Source of the DNA: an uncultured Clostridia bacterium
Lineage (GTDB): Bacteria; Bacillota; Clostridia; Christensenellales; UBA1242
Assembly: GCA_944381235.1 (NCBI GenBank)
Contig: CALWKI010000042.1
Span: 1 to 51,552 of the forward strand
Reading direction: 5' to 3'
DNA length: 51,552 bases
Positions 1 to 10,663 of the stretch are shown here, one piece after another. The stretch's first letter is position 1. The number at the start of each line of letters is the position of its first letter. Under the pieces are notes generated by a model. The model did not search any database. It had not been told where the DNA came from and saw nothing but the letters and a program-made list of their open reading frames with translations. The position numbers and the translations under genes are program-made.

Positions 1-51
1 TTAAAATTAAGTAAAAGTTTCCTTTATCGGAAATAATATAGTTATAAATTG

Positions 52-80
52 TTGACAAACTTCCGATATAAGAATAAAAT
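52..80 (+). promoter_or_regulatory. sigma70/SigA-type promoter of the fic gene
   Basis: TTGACA (52-57), 17 nt, TAAAAT (75-80), then AGGAG RBS before the ATG at 101. Confidence 0.75.
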
Positions 81-100
81 ATACATAATAAGGAGTTAAA

Positions 101-991
101 ATGAAATATCTATCCGTAAACGAAATAGCAAAAAAATGGAACATATCAAGTAGAATGGTAAGAAATTACTGCAAAGAAGGAAGAATTTTTGGCGCTTTTT
201 TAACCGGAAAAACGTGGAATATTCCAATAGACGCAGTTAAACCTAGTCGCAAAGTAACAAAGATATTTAGTAGTAACAAATTATTAAATGCTTTAAAAGA
301 AGAAAAAGACATTAAATTAAGCGGTGGAATTTATCATAAAACACAAATTGAATTAACCTATAATTCAAATCATATTGAAGGTAGCACTTTAACACATGCA
401 CAAACAAGATATATTTTTGAAACAAATACTATACTTAGTGATGGCAAACAAATAAATGTAAATGACATAATTGAAACGACAAACCATTTTAATTGCGTAG
501 ATTATATTATAGATAATGCAACAAAACCACTTTCAGAAACTATGATAAAAGAAATTCATAAAATTTTAAAAACTAACACAGTGGATAGTAAGAAAGACTG
601 GTTTAAAGTAGGAGAATATAAGTCCCTACCAAATGAGGTCGGAGACGAAGAAACTTGCGAGCCTAAAAATGTTAAATATGAAATGAAAAGTCTTTTAGAT
701 GATTATCACTTAATCCAATGTAAAACAATAAAAGACATAATTGATTTTCATGTTAAGTTTGAAAAAATCCATCCTTTTCAAGACGGAAACGGTAGAGTCG
801 GTAGACTTATTATGTTTAAGGAATGTCTAGCAAATAATATTGTTCCCTTTATTATTGATGAAGAGCATAAATTATTTTACTATAGAGGACTTAAGGAGTG
901 GAAAAACGAAAAAGGCTACCTTATTGACACTTGCTTATCTTGTCAAGATAAATACAAAACTTGGCTAGACTATTTTAAGATAGAATATTAA
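101..991 (+). CDS. Fic-domain protein (AMPylase) with N-terminal HTH
   Basis: Canonical Fic motif HPFQDGNGRVGR; internal inhibitory-type motif SNHIEG; N-terminal HTH-like YLSVNEIAKKWNISSRMVRNYC. Confidence 0.92.
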   Translation: MKYLSVNEIAKKWNISSRMVRNYCKEGRIFGAFLTGKTWNIPIDAVKPSRKVTKIFSSNKLLNALKEEKDIKLSGGIYHKTQIELTYNSNHIEGSTLTHAQTRYIFETNTILSDGKQINVNDIIETTNHFNCVDYIIDNATKPLSETMIKEIHKILKTNTVDSKKDWFKVGEYKSLPNEVGDEETCEPKNVKYEMKSLLDDYHLIQCKTIKDIIDFHVKFEKIHPFQDGNGRVGRLIMFKECLANNIVPFIIDEEHKLFYYRGLKEWKNEKGYLIDTCLSCQDKYKTWLDYFKIEY

Positions 992-1040
992 AATAATTTA
1001 AAATGTTATATAAAAATAGGTTTAAATTAAAAAAATTAAG

Positions 1041-1064
1041 TCGCAACTTGTAAGCAAGTTGCGA
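1041..1064. terminator. Probable bidirectional intrinsic terminator between convergent fic and trxA
   Basis: Perfect 10-bp stem TCGCAACTTG/CAAGTTGCGA with 4-nt loop, flanked by A/T tracts. Confidence 0.7.
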
Positions 1065-1166
1065 TTTTAAAAAAAGGTCTTTTTGAGCCTATGGTTTTTC
1101 CTTAATTTTAATTTTTGTAAAACACAAAAAAATATTTATTTAAAAAGTTTACATTATTTTATTTTT

Positions 1167-1472
1167 TTACTTTAAAGCCTCAAGAATTTGACCTTTTTGT
1201 CTTAGCCCTATAAGTTTTTCACTTTCTTTGCCGTCTTTAAAAATAATCATTGTTGGCACACTCATAATTCCAAAACGCTTAGCAATATCAATGCACTCGT
1301 CTATGTCTACTTTATAAATTTTTGCCTTATCACCTATTTCATCACTTACTTGTTCAAGAACAGGTCCTAGCATCCTACAAGGTCCGCACCAAGTTGCAAA
1401 AAAGTCAACAAGCACTGTTCCCTCTTTAATTTTTTCGTCAAAATTGTCACTATTTAAATGTTCTAGTTCCAT
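1167..1472 (-). CDS. trxA: Thioredoxin
   Basis: WCGPC active site, 101 aa. Confidence 0.97.
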   Translation of the reverse strand: MELEHLNSDNFDEKIKEGTVLVDFFATWCGPCRMLGPVLEQVSDEIGDKAKIYKVDIDECIDIAKRFGIMSVPTMIIFKDGKESEKLIGLRQKGQILEALK

Positions 1473-1553
1473 TTATTTTACCCCTTTTAAAATTTATTTA
1501 CAATATACCACAAATATATGTTAATGTGAAACAAACTATATATATTTTTCTTT

Positions 1554-2873
1554 TTACAAGACATATTTCCTTAAATCATGATCTTTGTCAAAGTTTTTAA
1601 ACGCGTCTGTCACATACTTTTTATCAATTACAACGTCCACCATTGGATGATCTCCACCTGCATTATAGCTTATATCTTCAAGTAACAATTCAATCACTGT
1701 ATGAAGTCTACGCGCGCCCAAATTTTCACTTGTTTCATTTTCTTCTTCAGCGTACCTTGCAATTTCTTTTAGTGCATCTTCTTTAAATATTATATTAACG
1801 TTATCAACTTTTAGTAGTTCCTGATACTGCAATGTAATTGCGTTTTTAGGTTCGGTTAAAATCTTATAAAACTCCTTCGCGGTCAAATTGTCAAGGTCGA
1901 CTCTAATTGGAAATCTACCTTGAAGTTCTGGAATTAGGTCTTCAACCTTTGAGACGTGGAAAGCGCCTGCCGCAATAAACAAAATATAGTCAGTTTTTAC
2001 AATTCCGTATTTTGTATTGACGGTACAACCCTCAACTATAGGCAAAATATCCCTTTGCACACCTTCACGACTAACCTCTGGACCGCTTGAACGAGAATTA
2101 GAACCCGCAATTTTATCAATTTCGTCAATAAAAATTATGCCTTCTTGCTCAGCGCGTCTCACTGCCTCAGACTTTGTCGCGTCCATATCAATAACTTTGT
2201 CACATTCCTCTTGATTAAGTATTTCACGTGCCTCACGAATGGTTAATTTTCTTTTTTTGCGTCTCGCTGGGAAAATACCTCCCATAATGTCCCCAATATT
2301 AATTTCAGCACCCATACCCGGCATCATTTCAAACGCGCGTGGTGCCTCTTTAACTTCCATTTCAACAAACTCTTCGTCATACTTGCCACTAGTTAAATTT
2401 TGTCTAATATGTTCCTTAAATTCCTCTCCGCCGACGTCCACTCCGTCAACAGTTTGTTTTTTAAGCGGATAAATAAGGTCAAAGAGCCTTTTATCAACAT
2501 TTGGCTTTACCTTTTCAATAACATCATTTACCTTTTCATCTTTAACCAGTCTAAATGAGGCTTCAACAAGGTCACGAACCATACTTTCAACATCTCTGCC
2601 AACATACCCTACCTCAGTATATTTTGTTGCCTCTACCTTAATAAATGGCGCGCCAACTAGCTTTGCAAGTCTTCTTGCAATTTCAGTTTTTCCAACTCCA
2701 GTTGGTCCCTTCATAATAATGTTTTTTGGAGTAATTTCCTCTTGCATTTGTTTGTCGAGTCTACTTCTTCTATACCTATTTCTAAGTGCAATTGCAACCG
2801 CCTTTTTTGCCTTATCTTGCCCAATAATGTATTTATCAAGTTCCTCGACAATTTGTTTTGGTGTATAATTCAT
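1554..2873 (-). CDS. hslU: ATP-dependent protease ATPase subunit HslU (ClpY)
   Basis: Walker A GPTGVGKTE, GYVG pore loop, IDEIDK, ELQGRFPIRV; adjacent to hslV. Confidence 0.97.
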   Translation of the reverse strand: MNYTPKQIVEELDKYIIGQDKAKKAVAIALRNRYRRSRLDKQMQEEITPKNIIMKGPTGVGKTEIARRLAKLVGAPFIKVEATKYTEVGYVGRDVESMVRDLVEASFRLVKDEKVNDVIEKVKPNVDKRLFDLIYPLKKQTVDGVDVGGEEFKEHIRQNLTSGKYDEEFVEMEVKEAPRAFEMMPGMGAEINIGDIMGGIFPARRKKRKLTIREAREILNQEECDKVIDMDATKSEAVRRAEQEGIIFIDEIDKIAGSNSRSSGPEVSREGVQRDILPIVEGCTVNTKYGIVKTDYILFIAAGAFHVSKVEDLIPELQGRFPIRVDLDNLTAKEFYKILTEPKNAITLQYQELLKVDNVNIIFKEDALKEIARYAEEENETSENLGARRLHTVIELLLEDISYNAGGDHPMVDVVIDKKYVTDAFKNFDKDHDLRKYVL

Positions 2874-2876
2874 TTT

Positions 2877-3413
2877 TTAAACCTCCTCAACTGTCACATG
2901 ACCATTTGTAAAAACACAAATATCACTTGTTATTTTCATAGCCTTTAGGGCAATTTCCTTTGCGGACAAATCAGTGTTTTCAATAAGTGCGCGAGATGCG
3001 GCAAGTGCATAAAACTCACCACTTCCAATCGCCGCCACCCCGTACTCAGGTTCAAATACATCACCATTACCAGATACATATAAAAGGTTATCCTTATCAG
3101 CAACTAGCATAAGTGCGTCAAGTTTTCTCGTATACTTATCTTCCCTAAAACCGATTGCAAGTTCAACCGCACTTCTCATAAGGTTCCCGCTAAATTTTTG
3201 AAGTAGTTCCTCAAACTTTTGAGACAAACTAAACGCATCCGCGGCAGAACCCGCAAAACCTATTATAACTTTATCATTGTAAATTCTTCTTACCTTAGTT
3301 GCATTGTTTTTTATAATAAACTTCTCACCAACCGTCACCTGTCCATCTCCTGCAATCGCCGTTTTGCCATTACGTTTTACTGCAACTATTGTTGTACTTC
3401 TAATTCCTTCCAT
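2877..3413 (-). CDS. hslV: ATP-dependent protease peptidase subunit HslV (ClpQ)
   Basis: STTIVAV N-terminus, AGDGQVT, GFAGSAADA, AIGSG. Confidence 0.96.
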   Translation of the reverse strand: MEGIRSTTIVAVKRNGKTAIAGDGQVTVGEKFIIKNNATKVRRIYNDKVIIGFAGSAADAFSLSQKFEELLQKFSGNLMRSAVELAIGFREDKYTRKLDALMLVADKDNLLYVSGNGDVFEPEYGVAAIGSGEFYALAASRALIENTDLSAKEIALKAMKITSDICVFTNGHVTVEEV

Positions 3414-3492
3414 AATTTCTCCCTCTAATTAATTTTTTATGTTTTTGGCTCATTTGTCAATCAAATTTTTTGGTAAAATCCTTAAAAAAAGT

Positions 3493-5631
3493 CTAACTTT
3501 CAGGGTTCACCTCGTTTTTAGTTCTATTTTTTTTGCTGTCTTTATCTATTTCTTCTTTTCTTTCAAAATCGCAATCTTTATTTGAACATTTGAAAAGCGA
3601 ATAATCTTTGTATTCTTTTACAACTAAATAATTTTTACACTTTGGGCATTTTAAATTTGTTGGTTTATCCCAACTTGCAAACGAACAACTTGGATACCCC
3701 GAGCAACCATAAAAAATCTTACCAGTTTTTGTTCTTCTTTCAATCACATCTTTTCCACACTTTGGACATTTGCATACTGGTTCCTTTGGAGGAGTAAGAC
3801 TTTTTATGTTTTGACACCTTGGATAGTTCGGACAAGCAAGAAACTTTGCGTATTTCCCTTGTCTAATTACCATTTTTGCCCCACATTTTTCACATATGAC
3901 GTCACTTTCCTCAAGTTTTACACTCATACTTTTTGTGCCCGTATACGCACTCTTTAACTCTCTTTCAAAGCCAGTATAGAATTTTTTAATAACCTCTTGC
4001 CACTTTACCTCGCCTTCCTCAATTTTATCTAGGTCATCTTCCATTTCGGCAGTAAAAGACACGTTCATAATGTCACTAAAATACTTTTCTAAGAACTCAG
4101 TTACTGTGTTACCTAGTTCAGTTGGATGAAGGTACTTACCCTGTCTTTCCATATATTTTCTATTAAGAAGAGTCATAATTGTTGGTGCATAAGTCGCTGG
4201 ACGCCCAATACCCTTTTCCTCCATAGTCTTAATAAGACTTGCCTCAGAATACCTTGATGGTGGCTTTGTAAATTTTTGTTCTTTTGTGATACTATCTAAA
4301 TTTAACTTGTCAGATTCATTTAATTTTGGAAGTTTACTTTCAGTAGTATTGTCGCTTTCCGTCTCCTCATACATTTTGTACGCTTTGGTAAAACACACAA
4401 AAATAGGGGTTCTACCGCTTGCACGAAAACCGTAGTCTCCAACATTTATAAGTACTTGTTGCGTGTCATAAGTTGCTTGAGTCATTTGGCTTGCAACAAA
4501 TCTTTCGTAAATCAATTTGTACAATTTGTAATTGTCGTTTGACATATATTGTTTTACCGACTCGGGAGTTTTTTCAAGACTAATTGGTCGTATTGCTTCG
4601 TGGGCATCTTGCGCGTTTTTCTTTGTCTTATAAATATTATAACTACTTGGCGCGTACTCGTTTCCGTAAGTCTTTATAATGTATTCCTTTGCACTTGCCA
4701 TTGCTTCAGGAGACACTCTTGTTGAGTCTGTTCTAATATAGGTTATAAGAGCCGTTTTACCTTCACTACCTAGTTCCACACCTTCATATAATTCTTGTGC
4801 ACTACGAGTTGTTTGAGAAATTGACATCCCAATTTTATTAAGTGCATCTTGTTGCATTGTACTAGTAATAAAAGGTGGTGGAGGGTTGGATTTCGTAACG
4901 GTCCTTTTAATTTCACCTACAATGTAATCTTTGCCTTTTATATCCTCGAGTACTTGACTTGCGTCCTTTTCATTATCTGGCACAAATTTTTTATTGTTTT
5001 TATAGTAAAGACTTGATTTAAACTTTATTCCATCTTTTTCTAAAATCGCATTTATTACCCAGTATTCTTTTGGTTTAAAAGCATTTATTTCCTTTTCCCT
5101 ATCAACTATGAGTTTAAGCGCTACAGATTGAACGCGACCAGCACTCAAATTTGGTCTTATTTTTTTACAAATAATAGGTGACACCTTGTATCCAACAAGC
5201 CTATCAAGCACTCTTCTACCTTGCTGAGCGTGTACCAAATCCATATCTATTTTTCTTGGATTTTCAATGGCACGCGTTACAACAGATTTTGAAATTTCGT
5301 TAAATTCAATCCGGCATTTTTCATTTTCATCAATATTTAAAATATGTTCTATGTGCCAAGAAATAGACTCACCCTCTCTATCAGGGTCGGTTGCAAGAAG
5401 AACTTTTTCCGCTTTACTAGCCTTTTGTTTTAACTCCTTTATAATACTTTCCTTTCCCGGCATTATTTCATATTGTGGTTCAAAATTATTAGAAACATCA
5501 ACCCCTAAAGACTTAGCAGGCAAATCTCTAATATGTCCTTTTGTTGCCACAACATCGTAATCTTTTCCTAAATATTTTTTTAAAGTTTCCCTTTTTCCAG
5601 GACCTTCTATAATTACTAATTTCATTTTCAC
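3493..5631 (-). CDS. topA: DNA topoisomerase I (type IA)
   Basis: TOPRIM ATDPDREGE, SAGRVQS, catalytic ITYIRTDS, C-terminal C4 zinc ribbons. Confidence 0.97.
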   Translation of the reverse strand: MKMKLVIIEGPGKRETLKKYLGKDYDVVATKGHIRDLPAKSLGVDVSNNFEPQYEIMPGKESIIKELKQKASKAEKVLLATDPDREGESISWHIEHILNIDENEKCRIEFNEISKSVVTRAIENPRKIDMDLVHAQQGRRVLDRLVGYKVSPIICKKIRPNLSAGRVQSVALKLIVDREKEINAFKPKEYWVINAILEKDGIKFKSSLYYKNNKKFVPDNEKDASQVLEDIKGKDYIVGEIKRTVTKSNPPPPFITSTMQQDALNKIGMSISQTTRSAQELYEGVELGSEGKTALITYIRTDSTRVSPEAMASAKEYIIKTYGNEYAPSSYNIYKTKKNAQDAHEAIRPISLEKTPESVKQYMSNDNYKLYKLIYERFVASQMTQATYDTQQVLINVGDYGFRASGRTPIFVCFTKAYKMYEETESDNTTESKLPKLNESDKLNLDSITKEQKFTKPPSRYSEASLIKTMEEKGIGRPATYAPTIMTLLNRKYMERQGKYLHPTELGNTVTEFLEKYFSDIMNVSFTAEMEDDLDKIEEGEVKWQEVIKKFYTGFERELKSAYTGTKSMSVKLEESDVICEKCGAKMVIRQGKYAKFLACPNYPRCQNIKSLTPPKEPVCKCPKCGKDVIERRTKTGKIFYGCSGYPSCSFASWDKPTNLKCPKCKNYLVVKEYKDYSLFKCSNKDCDFERKEEIDKDSKKNRTKNEVNPES

Positions 5632-5636
5632 ACTCT

Positions 5637-6731
5637 CTATTTTATTAAAAAGTAAACATTACCAGCATGCTTTTTTATTATTCCACGTATGGATAACTTT
5701 GTCAACAAAGTGTTAAGCTTACTTGTTTCAAGTTTTACTTTTTCGACAATTTCCTGAAAAGTTTTTTCGCCTGTCTTAAGTAAACTTATCACCTCTTCCT
5801 CATCTTTGTTTAAATCACTTTCTGGCTCTTTTTCCTTAAATTCAATATAACTAAATTCCTCAAGTATTTCACTTACGTCACAGACAAGTTTTGCATTTGA
5901 CTCAGTAATCATCTTATTTGTCCCTCTACTTGCCTCGCTAAAAATACTACCGGGAACGGCAAAAACCTCTCTTTGATAGTCAAGCGCATAATTTTTAGTA
6001 TGCATTGTACCAGAATTTAAAGACGCCTCAACAACCAAAACTCCTCTTGAAAGACCAGCAATAATTCTATTCCTTATTGGAAACATATATGCTTCAGGCT
6101 TTATTTTTAATCTATGCTCACTAATGACTAAACCGCCGTGTTCGACTATCTTCTTTGCTAAATTCACATTTGACTGAGGATAAATATTGTCAAGCCCGCC
6201 AGAAATTACAGCGATTGTCTTTCCACCTGCGTCAAGCGTTGTGTTATGCGCGACACTATCTATTCCATACGCAAGACCACTTATAATTGTTACATTATAT
6301 TTAACTAGATCCCGTGTAAATTTTTCTGCTGCACTTACGCCATATTGAGTAGGCTTTCTAGTCCCAACTATTGCAATACCAAATGTATTTATTAGGTTTA
6401 TGTCTCCCATATAATACAAAACAAATGGTGGCGAGTCAATGTTTATTAGATATTCGGAATAATCTTTTGACATCCTCGTTATCATCTTTACGCCTCTACT
6501 TTCAGTATACGCTATTATCCTATCAGCACATTCAACGGACAAATACTTTAAAATGTTTACATATTCCTTCTCACTAATAAATTTTAAGATATCTTGCTTT
6601 CTTTTTGTAAATTTTTCTTTATCTAAAATGTCTCCTAAGTTATCAAATAATCTACAAATATAATCTTTCTTTTGATATGTTAAAAAATCGAAACTATCTA
6701 AGAATATTAACGCTTTTTCATCTAAATTCAT
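5637..6731 (-). CDS. dprA: DNA-processing protein DprA
   Basis: IAIVGTR, SGLAYGID, FPIRNRIIAGLS, VFAVPG; dprA-topA synteny. Confidence 0.96.
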   Translation of the reverse strand: MNLDEKALIFLDSFDFLTYQKKDYICRLFDNLGDILDKEKFTKRKQDILKFISEKEYVNILKYLSVECADRIIAYTESRGVKMITRMSKDYSEYLINIDSPPFVLYYMGDINLINTFGIAIVGTRKPTQYGVSAAEKFTRDLVKYNVTIISGLAYGIDSVAHNTTLDAGGKTIAVISGGLDNIYPQSNVNLAKKIVEHGGLVISEHRLKIKPEAYMFPIRNRIIAGLSRGVLVVEASLNSGTMHTKNYALDYQREVFAVPGSIFSEASRGTNKMITESNAKLVCDVSEILEEFSYIEFKEKEPESDLNKDEEEVISLLKTGEKTFQEIVEKVKLETSKLNTLLTKLSIRGIIKKHAGNVYFLIK

Positions 6732-6739
6732 TTTTCACC

Positions 6740-8275
6740 TCACAACCAGTACTTGTCATCTAAACTTCTATAATTAATTGCCTCCATTAGATGATCGAGT
6801 TTAACATCCACACTTCCCTCAAGGTCTGCGATTGTGCGAGCCACCTTTAAAACCCTGTTATATGCACGCGCAGTAAGTTTAAGTTTTGAAAAAGACATTT
6901 CAAGAATATCACTAGACTCCTTGTCAAGTTTACAATATTTTTTTATCATTTCATTTGTCATCTTGCTATTACTATGTATATTTGTACTCTTATATCTTTC
7001 AGATTGAATTTGGCGTGCTTTGTCTACCCTCTTTTTTATCTCACTTGAAGGCTCTTCATTTATTTCACTACTTAGTTCCCTGTATTTTACACTATCAACC
7101 TCTATTAGCATATCAATTCTATCCATTAATGGCCCACTAAGTTTACTAAGATATTTGTGTATTTGGCTTGGGCTACATTTACAAGGCTTGTCCGAACCGT
7201 AATTTCCGCATGGACAAGGATTCATGCTCACAATTAAAATAAAGTTGGCTGGATACTCTATACTTTGGGAGTTTCTTGATACAGTAATAACACCGTCTTC
7301 TAGTGGTTGCCTTAAAGCCTCCAAGGTATGCCTATTATACTCCGGCATTTCGTCTAGAAACAAAACCCCGTTGTGAGCAAGACTTATTTCTCCTGGCTTT
7401 GCCTTATTTCCACCACCTGTAAGAGCCACGATAGTTGCTGTATGGTGAGGAGACCTGAAAGGTCTTTCAGTAATAATTCCAACATTATTATCCAGCGTCC
7501 CCGCAATACTATGAATTTTTGTCGTTTCAAGTGCCTCATCAAAAATCATATCAGGAAGGATGCTAGAAAAAGCCTTTGCAAGCATTGTTTTTCCGCTTCC
7601 TGGTGGGCCAATAAGTAAAACGTTATGTCCGCCAGCCGCTGAAATTTCAAGCGCACGCTTTGCACTCGCCTGCCCTTTTATCCATGCAAAATCACCGCTT
7701 GGTCTTCTTGTTGACTTAATATATTCATAACTTAAAATTTGAACAGGCACAATCTTTTTTTCACCATTTAAAAAATCTACGACTTCTTTAAGTTCGCGCA
7801 CTGGATAAACGCTAAGCCCTTCAATAAAGCCTGCCTCACTTGCGTTGTCAAAAGGCACAAAAACCTTTTTTATACCAAGATTACGCGCAGTAATTAGAAT
7901 TGGCAAAACTCCCTTTATTCTTCTTAAGCTTCCATCTAGTGATAACTCACCTATAAAAGAATACTCGGATAATTCTTCTTTTGTTGACTTTATTTGTTCG
8001 TTTGCAACCAGTATCCCAACAGAAATTGGAAGATCGTAAATAGAGCCCTCCTTTTTTGTGTCTGCAGGAGCGAGATTTACTGTTATTTTACCCATTGGAT
8101 AATTATATCCTTGATTTTTTATAGCCGAGACCACCCTTTGTTTTGATTCTCTAATTGAAGTGTCAGCAAGTCCAACCACATCATAACTAGGAAGTCCTCT
8201 ATTAATATCTATTTCTACATTAACTAAATACCCGTCAAGTCCTATAAGACCAAAAGAATTAACTTTCGCCAACAT
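6740..8275 (-). CDS. comM: ComM/YifB family Mg-chelatase-like AAA+ ATPase
   Basis: ITVNLAPAD, GPPGSGKT, PFRSPHH, GEISLAHNGVLFLDE, MNPCPCG. Confidence 0.93.
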   Translation of the reverse strand: MLAKVNSFGLIGLDGYLVNVEIDINRGLPSYDVVGLADTSIRESKQRVVSAIKNQGYNYPMGKITVNLAPADTKKEGSIYDLPISVGILVANEQIKSTKEELSEYSFIGELSLDGSLRRIKGVLPILITARNLGIKKVFVPFDNASEAGFIEGLSVYPVRELKEVVDFLNGEKKIVPVQILSYEYIKSTRRPSGDFAWIKGQASAKRALEISAAGGHNVLLIGPPGSGKTMLAKAFSSILPDMIFDEALETTKIHSIAGTLDNNVGIITERPFRSPHHTATIVALTGGGNKAKPGEISLAHNGVLFLDEMPEYNRHTLEALRQPLEDGVITVSRNSQSIEYPANFILIVSMNPCPCGNYGSDKPCKCSPSQIHKYLSKLSGPLMDRIDMLIEVDSVKYRELSSEINEEPSSEIKKRVDKARQIQSERYKSTNIHSNSKMTNEMIKKYCKLDKESSDILEMSFSKLKLTARAYNRVLKVARTIADLEGSVDVKLDHLMEAINYRSLDDKYWL

Positions 8276-8547
8276 TTTATTTATACCTCAAAAACATAAT
8301 CTACACGACATTATATACTAAAACCTCAAATTTCGACAAATAGTTTTTTCTAATTTTCGGCAAGATGGAATTTAACAGAATATTACTAAATATTATATCC
8401 TTTCAATTTCACAAAAAACGGATTTAATTTAAAATTTATCTTTAACAACATTAAAAAATTGATTTAGTCATAAACTAAACCAATTTTAAAGAAAAACTAG
8501 CCATATTATTTTTCAACTTTTGTTGTGCTCATTTCTAAAACTAAAAA

Positions 8548-8574
8548 ACCTAGACTCAGTTATGTAGTCTAGGT
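8548..8574 (-). terminator. Intrinsic terminator after the small 49-aa ORF
   Basis: 9-bp stem ACCTAGACT/AGTCTAGGT followed on the minus strand by a T run. Confidence 0.65.
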
Positions 8575-8580
8575 CTCTTT

Positions 8581-8730
8581 TTACATTTCTCTTTCAAAAT
8601 CCTTTAAGGCTTCTTTTCTTACAACCTTGTTATAATACTCTATTGATGCCTCTCCAAGAGTCTTTTCATTCTTATTTTCTATGTTTTTAATTTCTTCCTT
8701 TTTAATTTCATTTTCTTTTTTGTTTTCCAT
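8581..8730 (-). CDS. Small hypothetical protein (49 aa), below the ORF-track cutoff
   Basis: Hand translation MENKKENEIKKEEIKNIENKNEKTLGEASIEYYNKVVRKEALKDFEREM*; GGGAGAG RBS; terminator immediately downstream. Confidence 0.65.
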   Translation of the reverse strand: MENKKENEIKKEEIKNIENKNEKTLGEASIEYYNKVVRKEALKDFEREM

Positions 8731-8775
8731 TTTTTCTCTCCCTTATGTTTTTTTATTTCTAATTTTACGCAAATT

Positions 8776-9336
8776 TTAGACTTTTTCTAGATCATCAAAA
8801 TCTTCTCGGCTTGAAAAACTAGCATTTAATTTTTCATATTTTTTCTTTGCCTCAAGCGCCCTTAATTCAAGTTTTTTTGCCTTCTCATTTGCTTTTTCTG
8901 CTTCTTCCCGTGCCTTTTTACTTGCGTTAAGTGCTCTTGTTAATTTCCTTTCTGCGATTTTTGCATTTAAGTCTTCTTTTGCAATTTTTGTCGCAACAAC
9001 ATTTGCTTTTTCAACGTTTCTAATCGTTTCTTTATTTTCTTTTATTAAACCGCCCTTTTGATCTTCAAGATACTTAACAAGTTCTTTTAAAACTTTTAAT
9101 GTCGCTTTATCCTTAACCTTATCTTCTTCAAACTCTTTAAATAAATATCTTTCCTTGATTTTAACTTGGGTCTCTTCTTTTCTTTGCTCTAAGTAATTCT
9201 TTATTTTTTCAACACATTTTAGTTCGCCTACAATTTCAGTCTTTCTTGTCCTACCATTCTCAATTACTTTTCTTGCACTTCTATAGACTTCGTCTTTATC
9301 AAAACATTTCTCTATTTCTGTTTCGATCTCTTTCAT
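8776..9336 (-). CDS. Hypothetical highly charged, coiled-coil-like protein
   Basis: GGGAGG RBS; K/E-rich helical composition; no recognisable motif. Confidence 0.75.
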   Translation of the reverse strand: MKEIETEIEKCFDKDEVYRSARKVIENGRTRKTEIVGELKCVEKIKNYLEQRKEETQVKIKERYLFKEFEEDKVKDKATLKVLKELVKYLEDQKGGLIKENKETIRNVEKANVVATKIAKEDLNAKIAERKLTRALNASKKAREEAEKANEKAKKLELRALEAKKKYEKLNASFSSREDFDDLEKV

Positions 9337-9511
9337 CTTTCGCCTCCCTTTTTATGCCATAACAAGTATACACTAGAACAAAACAAATTTCAATACCTAG
9401 TTTTTAATTTTTGTTCAATTTGGTTAAAAACCAAAAATAAGGCGACTATTTAGCCACAAAAATCAAATATTTTGTGCCAATAGCTATAAGTATTCCTACT
9501 TACTAAAAGAA

Positions 9512-10663
9512 TTAAATTAGTTTCATTATAATACTATTTAGAACATAATAAGCATTTTCGCTTACCTTTATATATCCATTTCTAAGAGAAATAAAGCCTT
9601 TTGATGATAAAAATTCAATCTCCTTCTTTTTATCTCTTAAAATATGTCCACCAAATTTATCATCAAACTCTTCAATGTTTAACCCTTCTCTAGTTCTCAG
9701 TTCAAGCATTATTGCTTCTTCACGTCGCATAGTTAAACTAAGTTTTTCAACCATTACTATAGGAAAAGTGTTTTCCTCTATGCTCTTTATGTATTTATCA
9801 AAATCATCAGTGTTTGCAAACCTCGTGTCATTCATATATGAATGTCCGCCAATACCAAATGCCAGATATTCGCCTAATTTCCAATAATTTTGATTGTGCT
9901 TACTCTCATAATCAAGCATTGCAAAATTTGACACCTCATATCTTTTAAGCCCTGCCTTTGACAGTAAATCATAAACTAGGTTATACATTTCAACAGTGTC
10001 ATCTTCACTTGGAACGCTTAAGGCACCCACTTTTACCTTATCATATAAAACAGTCCCCTTCTCTAAAATTAAAGAATACGCTGACACGTGATTAACACCT
10101 GACTTAATTAAAAACTTTGTCATTTTTTTGACATCTCCAAGGGTTTGTTTTGGAAGGCCTAGCATCATATCAACAGAAATATTTTTAAACCCAACTTTTT
10201 TAGCAAGCATAATAGCCTCTTTTGCCTGTTTGCTATTATGTCTTCTACCTATTAAATTCAAAATTTTGTCGTTTATGGTCTGTACACCAAAACTTATCCT
10301 ATTTATACCCGCAATAAGATACTCCCTAAGTTTGTCTTCAGTCGCCGTTTCAGGATTACATTCTATTGTAATTTCAACATTTTGTAATAGTTTAAAGTTT
10401 TGCTTAATTGCTATCATAATGTTTGTAATCATACCCGGTTTAAGCACGCTTGGTGTTCCGCCACCAAAATACACAGAAGAAATTTTATATTCCTTCCCTT
10501 CTTTTTCACCTCTTAATTTAATTTCTTTGATAAGTGCGTCAACGTATTTTTCCATTTGCGCATCTTTGTCCACATAAGACACAAAATTACAATAATCACA
10601 TTTTTTACCATTACAAAATGGGATATGAAAATATAATGCTAATGTTTTCATTTTTTTAGTCAA
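9512..10663 (-). CDS. hemW: Radical SAM heme chaperone HemW (HemN-like)
   Basis: HIPFC...[27 protein letters not shown]; lepA-hemW synteny. Confidence 0.92.
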   Translation of the reverse strand: MTKKMKTLALYFHIPFCNGKKCDYCNFVSYVDKDAQMEKYVDALIKEIKLRGEKEGKEYKISSVYFGGGTPSVLKPGMITNIMIAIKQNFKLLQNVEITIECNPETATEDKLREYLIAGINRISFGVQTINDKILNLIGRRHNSKQAKEAIMLAKKVGFKNISVDMMLGLPKQTLGDVKKMTKFLIKSGVNHVSAYSLILEKGTVLYDKVKVGALSVPSEDDTVEMYNLVYDLLSKAGLKRYEVSNFAMLDYESKHNQNYWKLGEYLAFGIGGHSYMNDTRFANTDDFDKYIKSIEENTFPIVMVEKLSLTMRREEAIMLELRTREGLNIEEFDDKFGGHILRDKKKEIEFLSSKGFISLRNGYIKVSENAYYVLNSIIMKLI

